Shown here piece by piece: positions 23,072-32,000 of a stretch of DNA of 32,000 nucleotides. Origin of the DNA: Polynucleobacter sp. KF022 (lineage in GTDB: Bacteria; Pseudomonadota; Gammaproteobacteria; Burkholderiales; Burkholderiaceae); NCBI RefSeq assembly GCF_027924105.1, contig NZ_AP026972.1, positions 1,439,367 through 1,471,366 on the forward strand, given 5' to 3'. The position numbers were made by a program, and so were the translations under genes. Position 1 is the stretch's first letter. The number at the start of each line of letters is the position of its first letter. The notes below the pieces were generated by a model. The model saw only the letters and a program-made list of their open reading frames with translations. It had not been told where the DNA came from and ran no database searches.

Positions 23072-24217
23072 GTGCCAGTTATTACCAATATAGAAGACTT
23101 GCGGGTCCTCCACAAAAAACGCACCCCTAAGATGTTCTATGACTATGCGGACTCTGGATCATGGACCGAGTCCACATATCGCGCCAATGAGTCTGATTTC
23201 CAAAAAATTAAGTTGCGCCAACGTGTAGCGGTCAATATGACCAACCGCACGACCAAGACAACCATGGTTGGTCAAGAAGTTGCTATGCCGGTTGCGCTGG
23301 CACCTACTGGCCTCACTGGAATGCAGCATGCCGATGGTGAAATTTTGGCAGCCAAGGCTGCCGAGAAATTTGGCGTGCCATTTTGCCTTTCAACAATGAG
23401 TATCTGTTCAATTGAGGATGTGGCTGAGCGCACTACTAAGCCATTCTGGTTTCAGCTCTATGTTATGAAGGACCGCGGCTTTATTGAGCGCCTCATTGAG
23501 CGCGCTAAAGCGGCAAAATGTTCAGCACTTGTCCTCACTCTAGATTTACAAATCTTAGGTCAACGCCATAAAGACTTAAAGAATGGTCTCTCAGCTCCAC
23601 CTAAACTCACCATTGCCAATATGATCAATATGGCGACTAAGCCACGCTGGTGCATGGGAATGGCAATGACGCCGCGTAGAACATTCCGAAACATTGTTGG
23701 TCATGCCACCGGCGTTGGCAACATGTCTTCACTCTCTTCCTGGACTGCAGAGCAGTTTGATCCAGGCCTTAATTGGGGCGATGTTGAGTGGATTAAAAAA
23801 CTCTGGGGCGGAAAGCTCATCATCAAAGGCATCCTTGATGAAGATGATGCACGCTTAGCTGCAAACTCCGGGGCGGATGCATTAATTGTTTCTAACCATG
23901 GCGGCCGTCAACTCGATGGCGCAATTTCTAGCATTAAGGCATTGCCTGGAATTGTGGATGCAGTTGGCAAAGATATTGAAGTATGGATGGACGGCGGCAT
24001 ACGCTCTGGTCAAGATGTTCTGAAAGCTTGGGCCTTGGGTGCACGCGGGACAATGATCGGTCGCCCATTCTTGTATGGCTTGGGCGCGATGGGCGAGGCT
24101 GGCGTTACCAAGTGCCTAGAGATCATTCACAATGAACTGGACATCACCATGGCATTTACAGGTCATCGCGATATTCAGAATGTGACTAAAGATATTTTGT
24201 ATCCAGGAGCTTTTTAG
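23072..24217 (+). CDS. FMN-dependent alpha-hydroxy-acid dehydrogenase (L-lactate dehydrogenase LldD-like)
   Basis: Motifs PVALAPTG, FWFQLYV and SNHGGRQLD, plus the C-terminal GRPFLYGL. The GTG start is preceded by GAGGA. Confidence 0.85.
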   Translation: MPVITNIEDLRVLHKKRTPKMFYDYADSGSWTESTYRANESDFQKIKLRQRVAVNMTNRTTKTTMVGQEVAMPVALAPTGLTGMQHADGEILAAKAAEKFGVPFCLSTMSICSIEDVAERTTKPFWFQLYVMKDRGFIERLIERAKAAKCSALVLTLDLQILGQRHKDLKNGLSAPPKLTIANMINMATKPRWCMGMAMTPRRTFRNIVGHATGVGNMSSLSSWTAEQFDPGLNWGDVEWIKKLWGGKLIIKGILDEDDARLAANSGADALIVSNHGGRQLDGAISSIKALPGIVDAVGKDIEVWMDGGIRSGQDVLKAWALGARGTMIGRPFLYGLGAMGEAGVTKCLEIIHNELDITMAFTGHRDIQNVTKDILYPGAF

Positions 24218-24328
24218 CCTTGAATACTAATTTATTCCTTGTTCATCCTTGGATTGTCTGTTTGCGTCGAGTAAGTTGCAAGGCGCTAACTTTATTTTTT
24301 TATTTTTTTATTTTGTTATGGAGACTTT

Positions 24329-25513
24329 ATGAATATTCGTCGTCACATTTTTGCAGTAGCTGCTACTGCAATGCTTTCAACCGGTGCTTACGCTGCCGAT
24401 ATCAAACTTGGTGTTTCAGGACCTTTCACCGGCGGCTCCGCTTCTATGGGTGTGAGTATGCGTGATGGTGTGCGTCTTGCTGCAAAAGAGATTAATGCTG
24501 CTGGTGGTATCAACGGCAACAAAATCGTTTTGGTTGAGCGCGATGACGAAGCAAAAAATGAGCGTGGCGTACAAATTGCACAAGAGTTGATCAATAACGA
24601 AAAAGTAGTTGCTACTTTGGGTTATATCAACACTGGTGTTGCATTGGCTTCCCAGCGTTTCTATCAAGATGCCAAGATTCCAGTAATGAACAACGTTGCT
24701 ACTGGTTCTATCTTGACTAAGCAATTCCCTAACGCACCAGAAAACTATGTTTTCCGTAATGCTGCCCCTGACAATATTCAAGCACCATTGATCGCTAAGG
24801 AAGCGGTTGAAAAGCGTGGCTTGAAGAAAATCGCGATTTTGGCTGACTCTACAAACTACGGTCAGTTGGGTCGTGAAGACTTAGAGAAGGCATTGAAGGG
24901 CTATGGCTTAACACCAGTAGCAGTTGAGAAATTCAACATTGGTGACGTTGATATGACTTCACAATTGCTCAAAGCAAAAAATGCTGGCGCTGAAGTGATT
25001 TTGACTTACGCAATCGGACCTGAGTTGGCGCAAATCGCTAACGGTATGGCGAAGTTGGGTTGGAAAAAGCCAATGATCGGTTCATGGACATTGTCTATGG
25101 CCAGCTTTATTGATACAGCCGGTAAGAATGGTAACGGCGCAACAATGCCACAAACTTATATTCAATCTCCATCTACAACAGCTAAGCGTAAAGCCTTCCA
25201 AGAGGCTTACTTAAAAGAGTTCAAGCCAAAGAACAACAACATCGCATCTCCAGTTTCTGCAGCACAAGGATATGACTCTGTTTACCTCTTGGCAGCCGCT
25301 ATCAAGCAAGCTAACAGTACAGAGGGACCAAAGATTGTTGCAGCATTGCAAGATCTGAAGACTCCAGTTGATGGTGTTGTGATTACTTACAACAAGCCAT
25401 TTACAGCAACAGATCACGAAGCCATCAAAGCCAAGGACGTAGTGATGGGCGTAGTTGAGAACGGACGCGTTGAGTTCTTGAACGCTGAGGATGCTAAGCC
25501 TAAGAAGAAGTAA
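24329..25513 (+). CDS. ABC transporter periplasmic substrate-binding protein (LivJ/LivK-type, branched-chain amino acid family)
   Basis: A signal peptide ends AYA/AD. The type-I PBP pattern GVSGPFTGGSASMG...GGINGNKIVLVERDD is present. Liv-type permease and ATPase genes follow. Confidence 0.9.
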   Translation: MNIRRHIFAVAATAMLSTGAYAADIKLGVSGPFTGGSASMGVSMRDGVRLAAKEINAAGGINGNKIVLVERDDEAKNERGVQIAQELINNEKVVATLGYINTGVALASQRFYQDAKIPVMNNVATGSILTKQFPNAPENYVFRNAAPDNIQAPLIAKEAVEKRGLKKIAILADSTNYGQLGREDLEKALKGYGLTPVAVEKFNIGDVDMTSQLLKAKNAGAEVILTYAIGPELAQIANGMAKLGWKKPMIGSWTLSMASFIDTAGKNGNGATMPQTYIQSPSTTAKRKAFQEAYLKEFKPKNNNIASPVSAAQGYDSVYLLAAAIKQANSTEGPKIVAALQDLKTPVDGVVITYNKPFTATDHEAIKAKDVVMGVVENGRVEFLNAEDAKPKKK

Positions 25514-25576
25514 TTACCTCGAGGTCGCAGTGCTTAATAATTCAATATTTTGCACTGCAGCAATTGATAAAACAGA

Positions 25577-25600
25577 GCGTCGCCCAAAAAGCGGCGTTTA
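25577..25600 (+). terminator. possible attenuator/terminator hairpin CGTCGC-CCAAAAA-GCGGCG + TTTATT between the binding-protein and permease genes
   Basis: A 6-bp stem with one G-U pair, followed by a T-rich tract. A second weaker hairpin lies upstream (GCAGTGC at 25527..25533 pairing with GCACTGC at 25552..25558). Confidence 0.35.
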
Positions 25601-25654
25601 TTGTGATATTTAAACCGTCAATAAAACAGTATTAAGAATATTTAGGCCAATAAC

Positions 25655-26533
25655 ATGGACATGTTTGCACAAATCCTTTCGAGCGGTATCGCGGTGGGGA
25701 TGATCTATGCTGTTATCGCATTTGGATTTCAGCTAACTTTTGCCACATCTGGCACATTAAACTTCGGTCAAGGTGAAGCCTTGATGCTAGGCGCTCTGGT
25801 AGGTTTAACCTGCGTAGATACGTTTGGTATGAACTACTGGGTCATGATTCCTATAGTTTGCTTATTCGGCATGATTCAGGGTAGTTTCGTCGAACTCATC
25901 GGCGTACGCCCTGCAATCAAAATTAAATCTGAGTTTGGTTGGATTATGTCTACGATTGCACTCGGTATTATTTTCAAGAACGTTGCTGAAAATATTTGGG
26001 GTCGCGATGCATTGCCATTCCCAGCACCATTGCCAATGGAGCCAATGAATTTTTTGGGCGCAAGTATTTTGCCAATGGAAATTTTGGTGGTAGTTGGCGC
26101 TTTACTCATGATGTTGTTGGTGGAGTTCTTCAATCGCAAAACGATTTACGGAAAAGCAGTTGTTGCAACTGCAAACGATCGCGATGCAGCTGGCCTAATG
26201 GGCATCAACACCAGTATGGTGATTACCTTCTCTTATGCACTTTCTTCTTTGACTGCAGCGTTTGCTGGTGTGTTGATTGCACCATTGACGCTGACTGGCG
26301 CAACTATGGGTGGCGCGCTGGGATTGAAGGCATTTGCTGTGGCAATTATTGGCGGCTTGTCTAGCGGCATGGGCATTATCGTGGGTGGTCTGATTTTGGG
26401 TATTGTCGAAACAGCTACCGGCTTTTATGTCTCTACTGGTTACAAAGATGTTCCAGGCTTGATTTTGTTATTGCTTGTATTGGCATACAAACCATCCGGT
26501 CTATTCGGCAAATCTGCAATTAAGAAAGTTTAA
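25655..26533 (+). CDS. branched-chain amino acid ABC transporter permease (LivH-type)
   Basis: A 292-aa polytopic membrane protein. The stop overlaps the next start (TAATG). Confidence 0.9.
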   Translation: MDMFAQILSSGIAVGMIYAVIAFGFQLTFATSGTLNFGQGEALMLGALVGLTCVDTFGMNYWVMIPIVCLFGMIQGSFVELIGVRPAIKIKSEFGWIMSTIALGIIFKNVAENIWGRDALPFPAPLPMEPMNFLGASILPMEILVVVGALLMMLLVEFFNRKTIYGKAVVATANDRDAAGLMGINTSMVITFSYALSSLTAAFAGVLIAPLTLTGATMGGALGLKAFAVAIIGGLSSGMGIIVGGLILGIVETATGFYVSTGYKDVPGLILLLLVLAYKPSGLFGKSAIKKV

Positions 26534-28461
26534 TGATGAAGAAGTCTCTAATACCGCTATTAATTGCGATTGCGGCACTCTTTTGTTTGCCGTTGTTTGT
26601 CCATAACCCTTATTACATTCACTTAGTTGAAACCATCCTCATCTACACCATCTTGTTATATGGTTTAGATATCGTGGTGGGTTATGTTGGTCAGGTTTCC
26701 TTAGGTCACGCAGCTCTGTTTGGTATCGGTTCATACACCGCTGGTGTTTTGTACTTTCATTTCGGTTGGACGATTTGGGGAACTCTACCTGCATCTATCA
26801 TCGTGACCTCCATCTTCGGCGGCATCTTGGCATTGCCAGCCCTGAAAGTAATTGGGCCGTATTTGGCGATGGTGACCTTGGCTTTCGGAACCATTGCGCA
26901 GATTCTCATTAACGAGATGACTTGGTTGACTGAAGGCCCATTGGGTATCAAGATTCCAAAGCCTGATTTAATGGGCGTACCAATGACCAAGGCAGAATAC
27001 TTCTGGTTGGTTGGCGTCATCTTGATCATTTCCATGATCGTTGTAGACCGTTTTGTGAAGTCACAAATTGGTCGCGCCTTTGAGGCCCTGCGTGATAGCC
27101 CAATTGCCTGTGACTGTATGGGCGTTTCCGTATATCGTTTTAAGGTGATCGCATTCGTAATCAGCGCTGGCTTTGCTGGTTTAGCTGGTTGTTTGTATGC
27201 GTACTCAGAGCAATACATTTCACCAAATACTTACAACAACGAACTCGCTGTTTTGTTCTTGCTCGGTATCATCATGGGTGGACGTAAGTCTCGCCTCGGC
27301 GCCTTGATTGGTGCAGCCATCATCGTGTTGTTGCCTAAGCTCTTGGACGACATCAACTTGTTCCGTATCGTTGCTTCGATCATTGCAGTTGTAGTGCTGG
27401 TTGGTGCTGGTATGGCCTTATCCAAGAAGACAACTACACCGCGTCGCGTTGCTGTACCTATCGCTGGCGTAGTGGGCTTAGCAGCATTCTCATTCTGGCT
27501 CAATACGATTTCCGACTGGCGCTTGAGTATTTTCGGCTTCATGATTTTGTTGGTGGTGTACTACTTGCAAAACGGTATCGTTGGCTTTGTGAAGAGCTTC
27601 TATCAGTCAATCGTTGGCAAAGCTAAAACTACCCGTGGTGGTGATGCTGAAGCGGTGGATGACTCTATCAGCTTCATTAGCAATGTATCCAGCGCAAATG
27701 CTGGTGCTGAGCTCCTGAAGGTTGACTCTGTATTGATGCAGTTCGGCGGCCTCAAGGCATTAAACAATGTGGATTTGAGCATCAAGCGCGGCACTATTCA
27801 TGGCTTGATCGGTCCTAACGGTTCCGGTAAGAGCACGATGATGAACGTGTTGACGGGTATTTATGTGCCTACAGCTGGTAACGTCTTGTACGCTGGTGAA
27901 AGCGTTGTTGGTAAGACATCTTCCGACATCGCCTTATCTGGTATTGCACGTACCTTCCAAAACGTTCAGCTTTTCGGTGAAATGACTGCCATCCAAAATA
28001 TTTTGGTTGGTTTGCATCACACCTTCAAGTCAAACATGGTGGAAATTGCTTTGAATCTGCCACGCTACAAGCGTGAAGAGGCTGAAGCTCATGCTCGTGC
28101 AATGGCGCTCCTCAAGTTCGTTGGTTTGGATGACTTGGCTAATGAAGAGGCGCGTAACTTGCCATACGGTAAGCAGCGCTTACTCGAGATTGCCCGCGCC
28201 TTGGCATTGGATCCTGAGTTGCTCTTGTTGGATGAGCCAGCAGCAGGCTTGACAGCTCCTGACATTAAAGAACTCTTGCGCATTATTCGTAAGATCCGCG
28301 ATAGCGGTATTACCTTCATCCTGATTGAGCATCACATGGATGTGGTGATGTCAGTTTGCGATACCGTTTCTGTATTGGACTTCGGTCAGAAGATTGCAGA
28401 AGGTAAACCAGCTGAAGTTCAGGCAGACGAGAAGGTGATTCATGCCTACTTGGGTACTTAA
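26533..28461 (+). CDS. fused LivM-type permease / LivG-type ATP-binding protein
   Basis: The first ~360 aa are hydrophobic (LivM-like). A linker follows. The ABC ATPase then shows Walker A GPNGSGKST, the signature LPYGKQRLLEIARAL and Walker B LLLLDEP. Confidence 0.9.
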   Translation: MMKKSLIPLLIAIAALFCLPLFVHNPYYIHLVETILIYTILLYGLDIVVGYVGQVSLGHAALFGIGSYTAGVLYFHFGWTIWGTLPASIIVTSIFGGILALPALKVIGPYLAMVTLAFGTIAQILINEMTWLTEGPLGIKIPKPDLMGVPMTKAEYFWLVGVILIISMIVVDRFVKSQIGRAFEALRDSPIACDCMGVSVYRFKVIAFVISAGFAGLAGCLYAYSEQYISPNTYNNELAVLFLLGIIMGGRKSRLGALIGAAIIVLLPKLLDDINLFRIVASIIAVVVLVGAGMALSKKTTTPRRVAVPIAGVVGLAAFSFWLNTISDWRLSIFGFMILLVVYYLQNGIVGFVKSFYQSIVGKAKTTRGGDAEAVDDSISFISNVSSANAGAELLKVDSVLMQFGGLKALNNVDLSIKRGTIHGLIGPNGSGKSTMMNVLTGIYVPTAGNVLYAGESVVGKTSSDIALSGIARTFQNVQLFGEMTAIQNILVGLHHTFKSNMVEIALNLPRYKREEAEAHARAMALLKFVGLDDLANEEARNLPYGKQRLLEIARALALDPELLLLDEPAAGLTAPDIKELLRIIRKIRDSGITFILIEHHMDVVMSVCDTVSVLDFGQKIAEGKPAEVQADEKVIHAYLGT

Positions 28462-28491
28462 TCACTAGAACATATTGAATCGGTAAATACC

Positions 28492-29220
28492 ATGTTATCT
28501 ATTAAGAATCTTGAAGCAGGCTACGGCAAAGTCAAAGTCCTCCACGGCATCAATATTGATGTTCCAAAAGGACAAGTGATTACTTTGATTGGCTCAAACG
28601 GCGCCGGCAAAACAACAACCATGCGCGCTATTACTGGCATGATCAAGCCAACGGCTGGTGAAGTCACTCTAGGCGGTGAAAAAATTGATGGTTACGACTC
28701 TCATAAAATCGCTCGCTTAGGTTTGGCTCATAGCCCTGAAGGTCGTCGCGTATTTACGACTATGTCAGTTACCGACAATTTATTGTTGGGCGCATTTCCA
28801 CGCTTTACAGGCAGCCGTCCCAAAGGCGATATTAAGAATGACCTCGAGAAGTCTCTCGAAATGTTCCCGCGTCTTAAAGAGCGTCGCAATCAATTGGCCG
28901 GTACTTTGTCTGGCGGCGAGCAACAAATGTTAGCGATGGCCCGTGCTGTGATGTTGAACCCAGAGATCATTCTCTTGGATGAGCCATCTATGGGTCTTGC
29001 ACCAATCTTGGTTGAAGAAGTATTTAAGATCATCTCCAACTTGAAATCACAAGGCGTTACTATGTTGCTGGTTGAGCAGTTTGCTGCGGCGGCTTTGAAC
29101 GTTGCTGACTATGGCTATGTTCTTGAGAATGGCAAGATTGCTACTCACGGACCAGCTGCGAAGCTTAAAGATGATCCTGCTGTGAAAGCTGCTTACTTGG
29201 GTGGCGCAGGCGGTCATTAA
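28492..29220 (+). CDS. branched-chain amino acid ABC transporter ATP-binding protein (LivF-type)
   Basis: Walker A GSNGAGKTT, the signature LSGGEQQMLAMARA and Walker B ILLDEPS. Confidence 0.9.
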   Translation: MLSIKNLEAGYGKVKVLHGINIDVPKGQVITLIGSNGAGKTTTMRAITGMIKPTAGEVTLGGEKIDGYDSHKIARLGLAHSPEGRRVFTTMSVTDNLLLGAFPRFTGSRPKGDIKNDLEKSLEMFPRLKERRNQLAGTLSGGEQQMLAMARAVMLNPEIILLDEPSMGLAPILVEEVFKIISNLKSQGVTMLLVEQFAAAALNVADYGYVLENGKIATHGPAAKLKDDPAVKAAYLGGAGGH

Positions 29221-29274
29221 TGGTTGGTTGTTTATATCCGCTACACCAATTTCCTTATCTTTAAAGAGTATTTT

Positions 29275-31668
29275 ATGTCCAACCAACAGCAACAAAATAG
29301 CAGTATGGCTGATGCCTATGTTTTGCCTTTTGAGCAACTTCGCATGACGGATGTTGAATCCGTCGGCGGTAAGAATGCCTCACTAGGAGAGATGATTTCT
29401 CAGTTAGCTTCTACTGGGGTTCGTGTTCCAACAGGTTTTGCTACAACTGCTTTGGCGTTCCGTGATTTTCTAAAACATAACAATCTAACTGAGCGTATTC
29501 AACAGCGCTTAGAAGGTTTGAATATTGATGATGTGCGCGCATTGGCACAAGCTGGTGCAGAGATTCGTAACTGGATCGAAACAGCGCCATTTCAACCAAA
29601 ATTAGACGAAGAGATTCGTAAGGCATTTGCTGTGTTGGATGACTCTGGCAAGGGCTCATTCGCAGTGCGTTCGTCAGCTACTGCTGAAGACTTGCCTGAT
29701 GCTTCTTTTGCAGGTCAGCAAGAAACTTTCTTGAACGTCGAGGGTATTGATGATGTTCTCAAGAAGATTCGTGAAGTATTTGCCTCGCTTTATAACGATC
29801 GCGCTATCTCTTATCGTGTTCATAAGGGCTTTGCCCATGCTGAAGTAGCCTTATCTGCCGGTATTCAGCGCATGGTGCGTTCTGACCTAGGCGCTGCTGG
29901 TGTGATGTTCACATTGGATACTGAATCTGGATTTGAAGATGTGGTTTTCATTACCTCAAGCTATGGCTTAGGGGAAACAGTGGTTCAGGGCGCAGTTAAT
30001 CCTGATGAGTTTTATGTATTCAAAACTACTTTAGCCAAAGACAAGAAAGCAATTATTCGTCGTTCTTTAGGCTCTAAGTTGATTCAAATGCAATTTGCGC
30101 CAAAGAGCTCTGCAGAAAAAGTGCAGACAGTGGATGTAGCTCCTGAGAAGCGGAATCGTTTCTCACTGGAAGATGCGGACATCACTGAGTTGGCCAAGTA
30201 TGCGGTGATCATTGAGAAGCACTACGGTCGTCCGATGGACATCGAGTGGGGTAAAGATGGTCAAGATGGCCGCATTTATATTTTGCAAGCTCGTCCTGAG
30301 ACAGTGAAGAGTCAGGCAGCAGGCCAAGTAGAGATGCGCTACAAGTTAAAAGGTAGCTCAAAGGTATTAGCAAAAGGCCGTGCGATCGGTCAAAAGATTG
30401 GTGCTGGTCCAGTCCGCATTATTCGTGACCCAAGCGAGATGGATCGTGTCCAGCCTGGTGACGTATTGGTTGCCGACATGACTGATCCAAACTGGGAGCC
30501 AGTCATGAAGCGTGCTTCAGCGATTGTGACTAACCGCGGTGGTCGCACCTGTCACGCTGCGATTATTGCTCGTGAATTAGGTGTACCTGCGGTAGTTGGT
30601 TGCGGTGATGCGACCGAGCATTTGCAAGACGGCATGATGGTGACAGTTTCTTGTGCTGAAGGTGATGAAGGCCATATCTATGATGGCTTGATCGAAACCG
30701 AAGTTACTGAAGTTTCTCGTGGTGTATTGCCTGAGATTCCAGTGAAGATCACGATGAATATTGGTAACCCCCAATTGGCATTTGATTTCTGTCAAATTCC
30801 GAATGCTGGTGTTGGCTTAGCTCGCCTCGAGTTCATCATTAACAACTACATTGGTGTTCATCCACGTGCAGTTCTGGAATACCCAAACATTGACCCAGAT
30901 CTCAAGCGTGCAGTTGAGAGTGTGGCCCGCGGTTACGCTAGCCCACGTCAGTTCTACGAAGACAAGTTGGTTGAAGGTGTGGCAACTATTGCTGCTGCCT
31001 TCTATCCAAAGCCGGTAATCGTACGTTTGTCAGACTTCAAATCTAACGAGTACAAGAAGTTGATTGGTGGATCACGTTACGAGCCGGATGAAGAAAATCC
31101 AATGTTAGGCTTCCGCGGTGCATCACGTTATGTATCAGAGGATTTCGGTGAGGCTTTTGCTCTCGAGTGCGCAGCAATGAAGCGTGTTCGTGAAGATATG
31201 GGTCTAGATAACGTTGAGATCATGGTTCCGTTTGTGCGCACCATTAATCAGGCTAAGCGCGTGATCGATATGATGGAGAAGTTCGGCCTCAAGCGTGGTG
31301 TTAATGGTTTGCGCCTCATCATGATGTGTGAGATTCCTTCCAATGCTATTTTGGCTGATCAGTTCCTCGAATACTTTGATGGCTTCTCTATCGGATCAAA
31401 CGATATGACTCAATTAACTTTGGGTCTGGATCGTGACTCCGGCATGGAGTTGCTTGCAATAGACTTTGATGAACGTGATCCAGCAGTGGAGTTCATGATT
31501 GCCCGCTCTATTGATGCTTGCCGTAAGCAAAACAAGTACGTTGGCATTTGCGGTCAGGGTCCTTCAGATCACCCTGACTTTGCGCGCTGGTTGGTTGAGA
31601 AGGGTATTACTTCCATCTCATTAAATCCAGATAGCGTAGTGGCTACTTGGGAGATGTTGGGTAAATAA
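29275..31668 (+). CDS. ppsA: phosphoenolpyruvate synthase
   Basis: The start is set at [10 protein letters not shown]..., which aligns with the canonical PpsA N-terminus ([12 protein letters not shown]). The phospho-His motif [21 protein letters not shown] is present. The track ORF's 17 extra N-terminal codons (from 29224) abut the upstream stop and look spurious. Confidence 0.93.
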   Translation: MSNQQQQNSSMADAYVLPFEQLRMTDVESVGGKNASLGEMISQLASTGVRVPTGFATTALAFRDFLKHNNLTERIQQRLEGLNIDDVRALAQAGAEIRNWIETAPFQPKLDEEIRKAFAVLDDSGKGSFAVRSSATAEDLPDASFAGQQETFLNVEGIDDVLKKIREVFASLYNDRAISYRVHKGFAHAEVALSAGIQRMVRSDLGAAGVMFTLDTESGFEDVVFITSSYGLGETVVQGAVNPDEFYVFKTTLAKDKKAIIRRSLGSKLIQMQFAPKSSAEKVQTVDVAPEKRNRFSLEDADITELAKYAVIIEKHYGRPMDIEWGKDGQDGRIYILQARPETVKSQAAGQVEMRYKLKGSSKVLAKGRAIGQKIGAGPVRIIRDPSEMDRVQPGDVLVADMTDPNWEPVMKRASAIVTNRGGRTCHAAIIARELGVPAVVGCGDATEHLQDGMMVTVSCAEGDEGHIYDGLIETEVTEVSRGVLPEIPVKITMNIGNPQLAFDFCQIPNAGVGLARLEFIINNYIGVHPRAVLEYPNIDPDLKRAVESVARGYASPRQFYEDKLVEGVATIAAAFYPKPVIVRLSDFKSNEYKKLIGGSRYEPDEENPMLGFRGASRYVSEDFGEAFALECAAMKRVREDMGLDNVEIMVPFVRTINQAKRVIDMMEKFGLKRGVNGLRLIMMCEIPSNAILADQFLEYFDGFSIGSNDMTQLTLGLDRDSGMELLAIDFDERDPAVEFMIARSIDACRKQNKYVGICGQGPSDHPDFARWLVEKGITSISLNPDSVVATWEMLGK

Positions 31669-31923
31669 TTTATCTAGTATTTAGCTAATTCAAATTCCTT
31701 CCAAATGGTCCATCAGGTTGTGGTAGTAGAGCGTAAATTACTTTTGCGACCCCTAAATTTGGCCATACCTATTTAACTAGTTTATGAGTTGATCAGTCTC
31801 GCCCAGTGCCTTCCAACTCCGTCTGTAAAGGTTCAAGCGATCGACTATTATCACCAACAAAAGCCAGAACATCCTATCCACCCAAATGAAACGGAGTCGT
31901 ATTTCTGTGGCCCTATCTATTAC

Positions 31924-31955
31924 TGGTGGGGTGGATGGGATTCGATCTTACGACC
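31924..31955 (-). other. degenerate tRNA-3'-end-like sequence (possible ancient att/tRNA remnant)
   Basis: The reverse complement is GGTCGTAAGATCGAATCCCATCCACCCCACCA. It has a TCGAATCCCAT T-loop-like core and a CCA end. The T-stem does not pair (2 mismatches) and no cloverleaf can be completed. Confidence 0.25.
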
Positions 31956-31963
31956 AACAGATT

Positions 31964-31985
31964 AAAAGCCCGCTAGCGGGGGCAT
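31964..31985 (-). terminator. possible minus-strand terminator (GC hairpin CCCGC-TA-GCGGG followed by CTTTT)
   Basis: A short GC stem plus a T-run when read on the minus strand. It would serve a gene beyond the right edge of the window. Confidence 0.35.
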
Positions 31986-32000
31986 TCCGCTAAAAGTGAC

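Noticed and set aside
29224-29274. The 17-codon N-terminal extension of ppsA in the ORF track ([17 protein letters not shown]).
   Set aside because: It starts 1 nt after the LivF-type gene's stop codon ends and has no Shine-Dalgarno. The canonical PpsA N-terminus begins at MSNQQ (29275).
8812-29659. Numerous other 60-150-aa track ORFs embedded in or antisense to the called genes. Examples: 8812..9189 (-), 9437..9625 (-), 12544..12828 (+), 12874..13092 (+), 13732..13926 (+), 15375..15587 (-), 15781..15987 (-), 17142..17324 (+), 17611..17940 (+), 19480..19761 (+), 21675..22135 (+), 24220..24465 (+), 24388..24781 (-), 25211..25417 (-), 25876..26364, 26757..27794 (-), 28089..28319 (-), 29047..29337 (-), 29441..29659 (-) and 30577..30795 (-).
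   Set aside because: Each overlaps a longer ORF with clear family motifs or better start signals. Their translations are compositionally odd (Ser/Cys/Arg-rich or low-complexity) and lack Shine-Dalgarno sequences.
1-32000. I looked for CRISPR arrays, IS elements and transposases, reverse transcriptases (retron or DGR), toxin-antitoxin pairs with recognisable folds, rRNA, and intact tRNA or tmRNA.
   Set aside because: I found no regularly spaced repeat array, no DDE, HUH or serine-recombinase motifs, no YxDD reverse-transcriptase motif, and no complete cloverleaf. The only repeats are the islet-specific ones reported above.

Overview
The window reads like a chromosome segment from a low-GC betaproteobacterium. 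Burkholderiales, possibly Polynucleobacter-like, is my unverified guess from gene content. It has three parts.

(1) 1-11.7 kb holds tightly packed housekeeping and stress genes: a nitroreductase, an OsmC-YcaO fusion, a bicupin, an SDR, a Cry-DASH photolyase-family protein, a DnaQ-exonuclease/GIY-YIG fusion, an Rrf2 regulator, membrane proteins, a Lon-N-domain protein, a DUF2236/MpaB-type oxygenase, a FolB-like protein and a secreted histidine phosphatase.

(2) About 11.7-19.3 kb is a visibly AT-richer islet (judged by eye, not computed). It starts at an orphan 3' half of a tRNA(CAU) gene. It carries almost only orphan genes:
- a nuclease-less protein made of three NUMOD-like HTH repeats
- a small AAA+ ATPase
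- a hyper-acidic 112-aa protein
- several unrecognisable proteins
- a 188-aa catalytic-domain-only tyrosine recombinase

Its intergenic DNA is unusually structured:
- a ~107-bp direct repeat combining a terminator with an upstream motif
- an 18-mer placed about 90-97 nt upstream of three consecutive genes
- a 16-bp inverted repeat (15/16) bracketing a 1.2-kb segment next to the recombinase
- several perfect palindromes

This islet is the best candidate for something undescribed: a decayed integrative element, a recombinase-controlled switch, or a defence or anti-defence cassette set. I cannot assign a function from sequence alone.

(3) 19.3-31.7 kb is a central-carbon cluster. It comprises ppc, a FadR-type GntR regulator with two TGGTAT(G/T)ACCA operators, an LldD-like FMN dehydrogenase, a Liv-type ABC transporter with a fused permease-ATPase, and ppsA.

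I saw no rRNA, intact tRNA, CRISPR array, transposase or reverse transcriptase.
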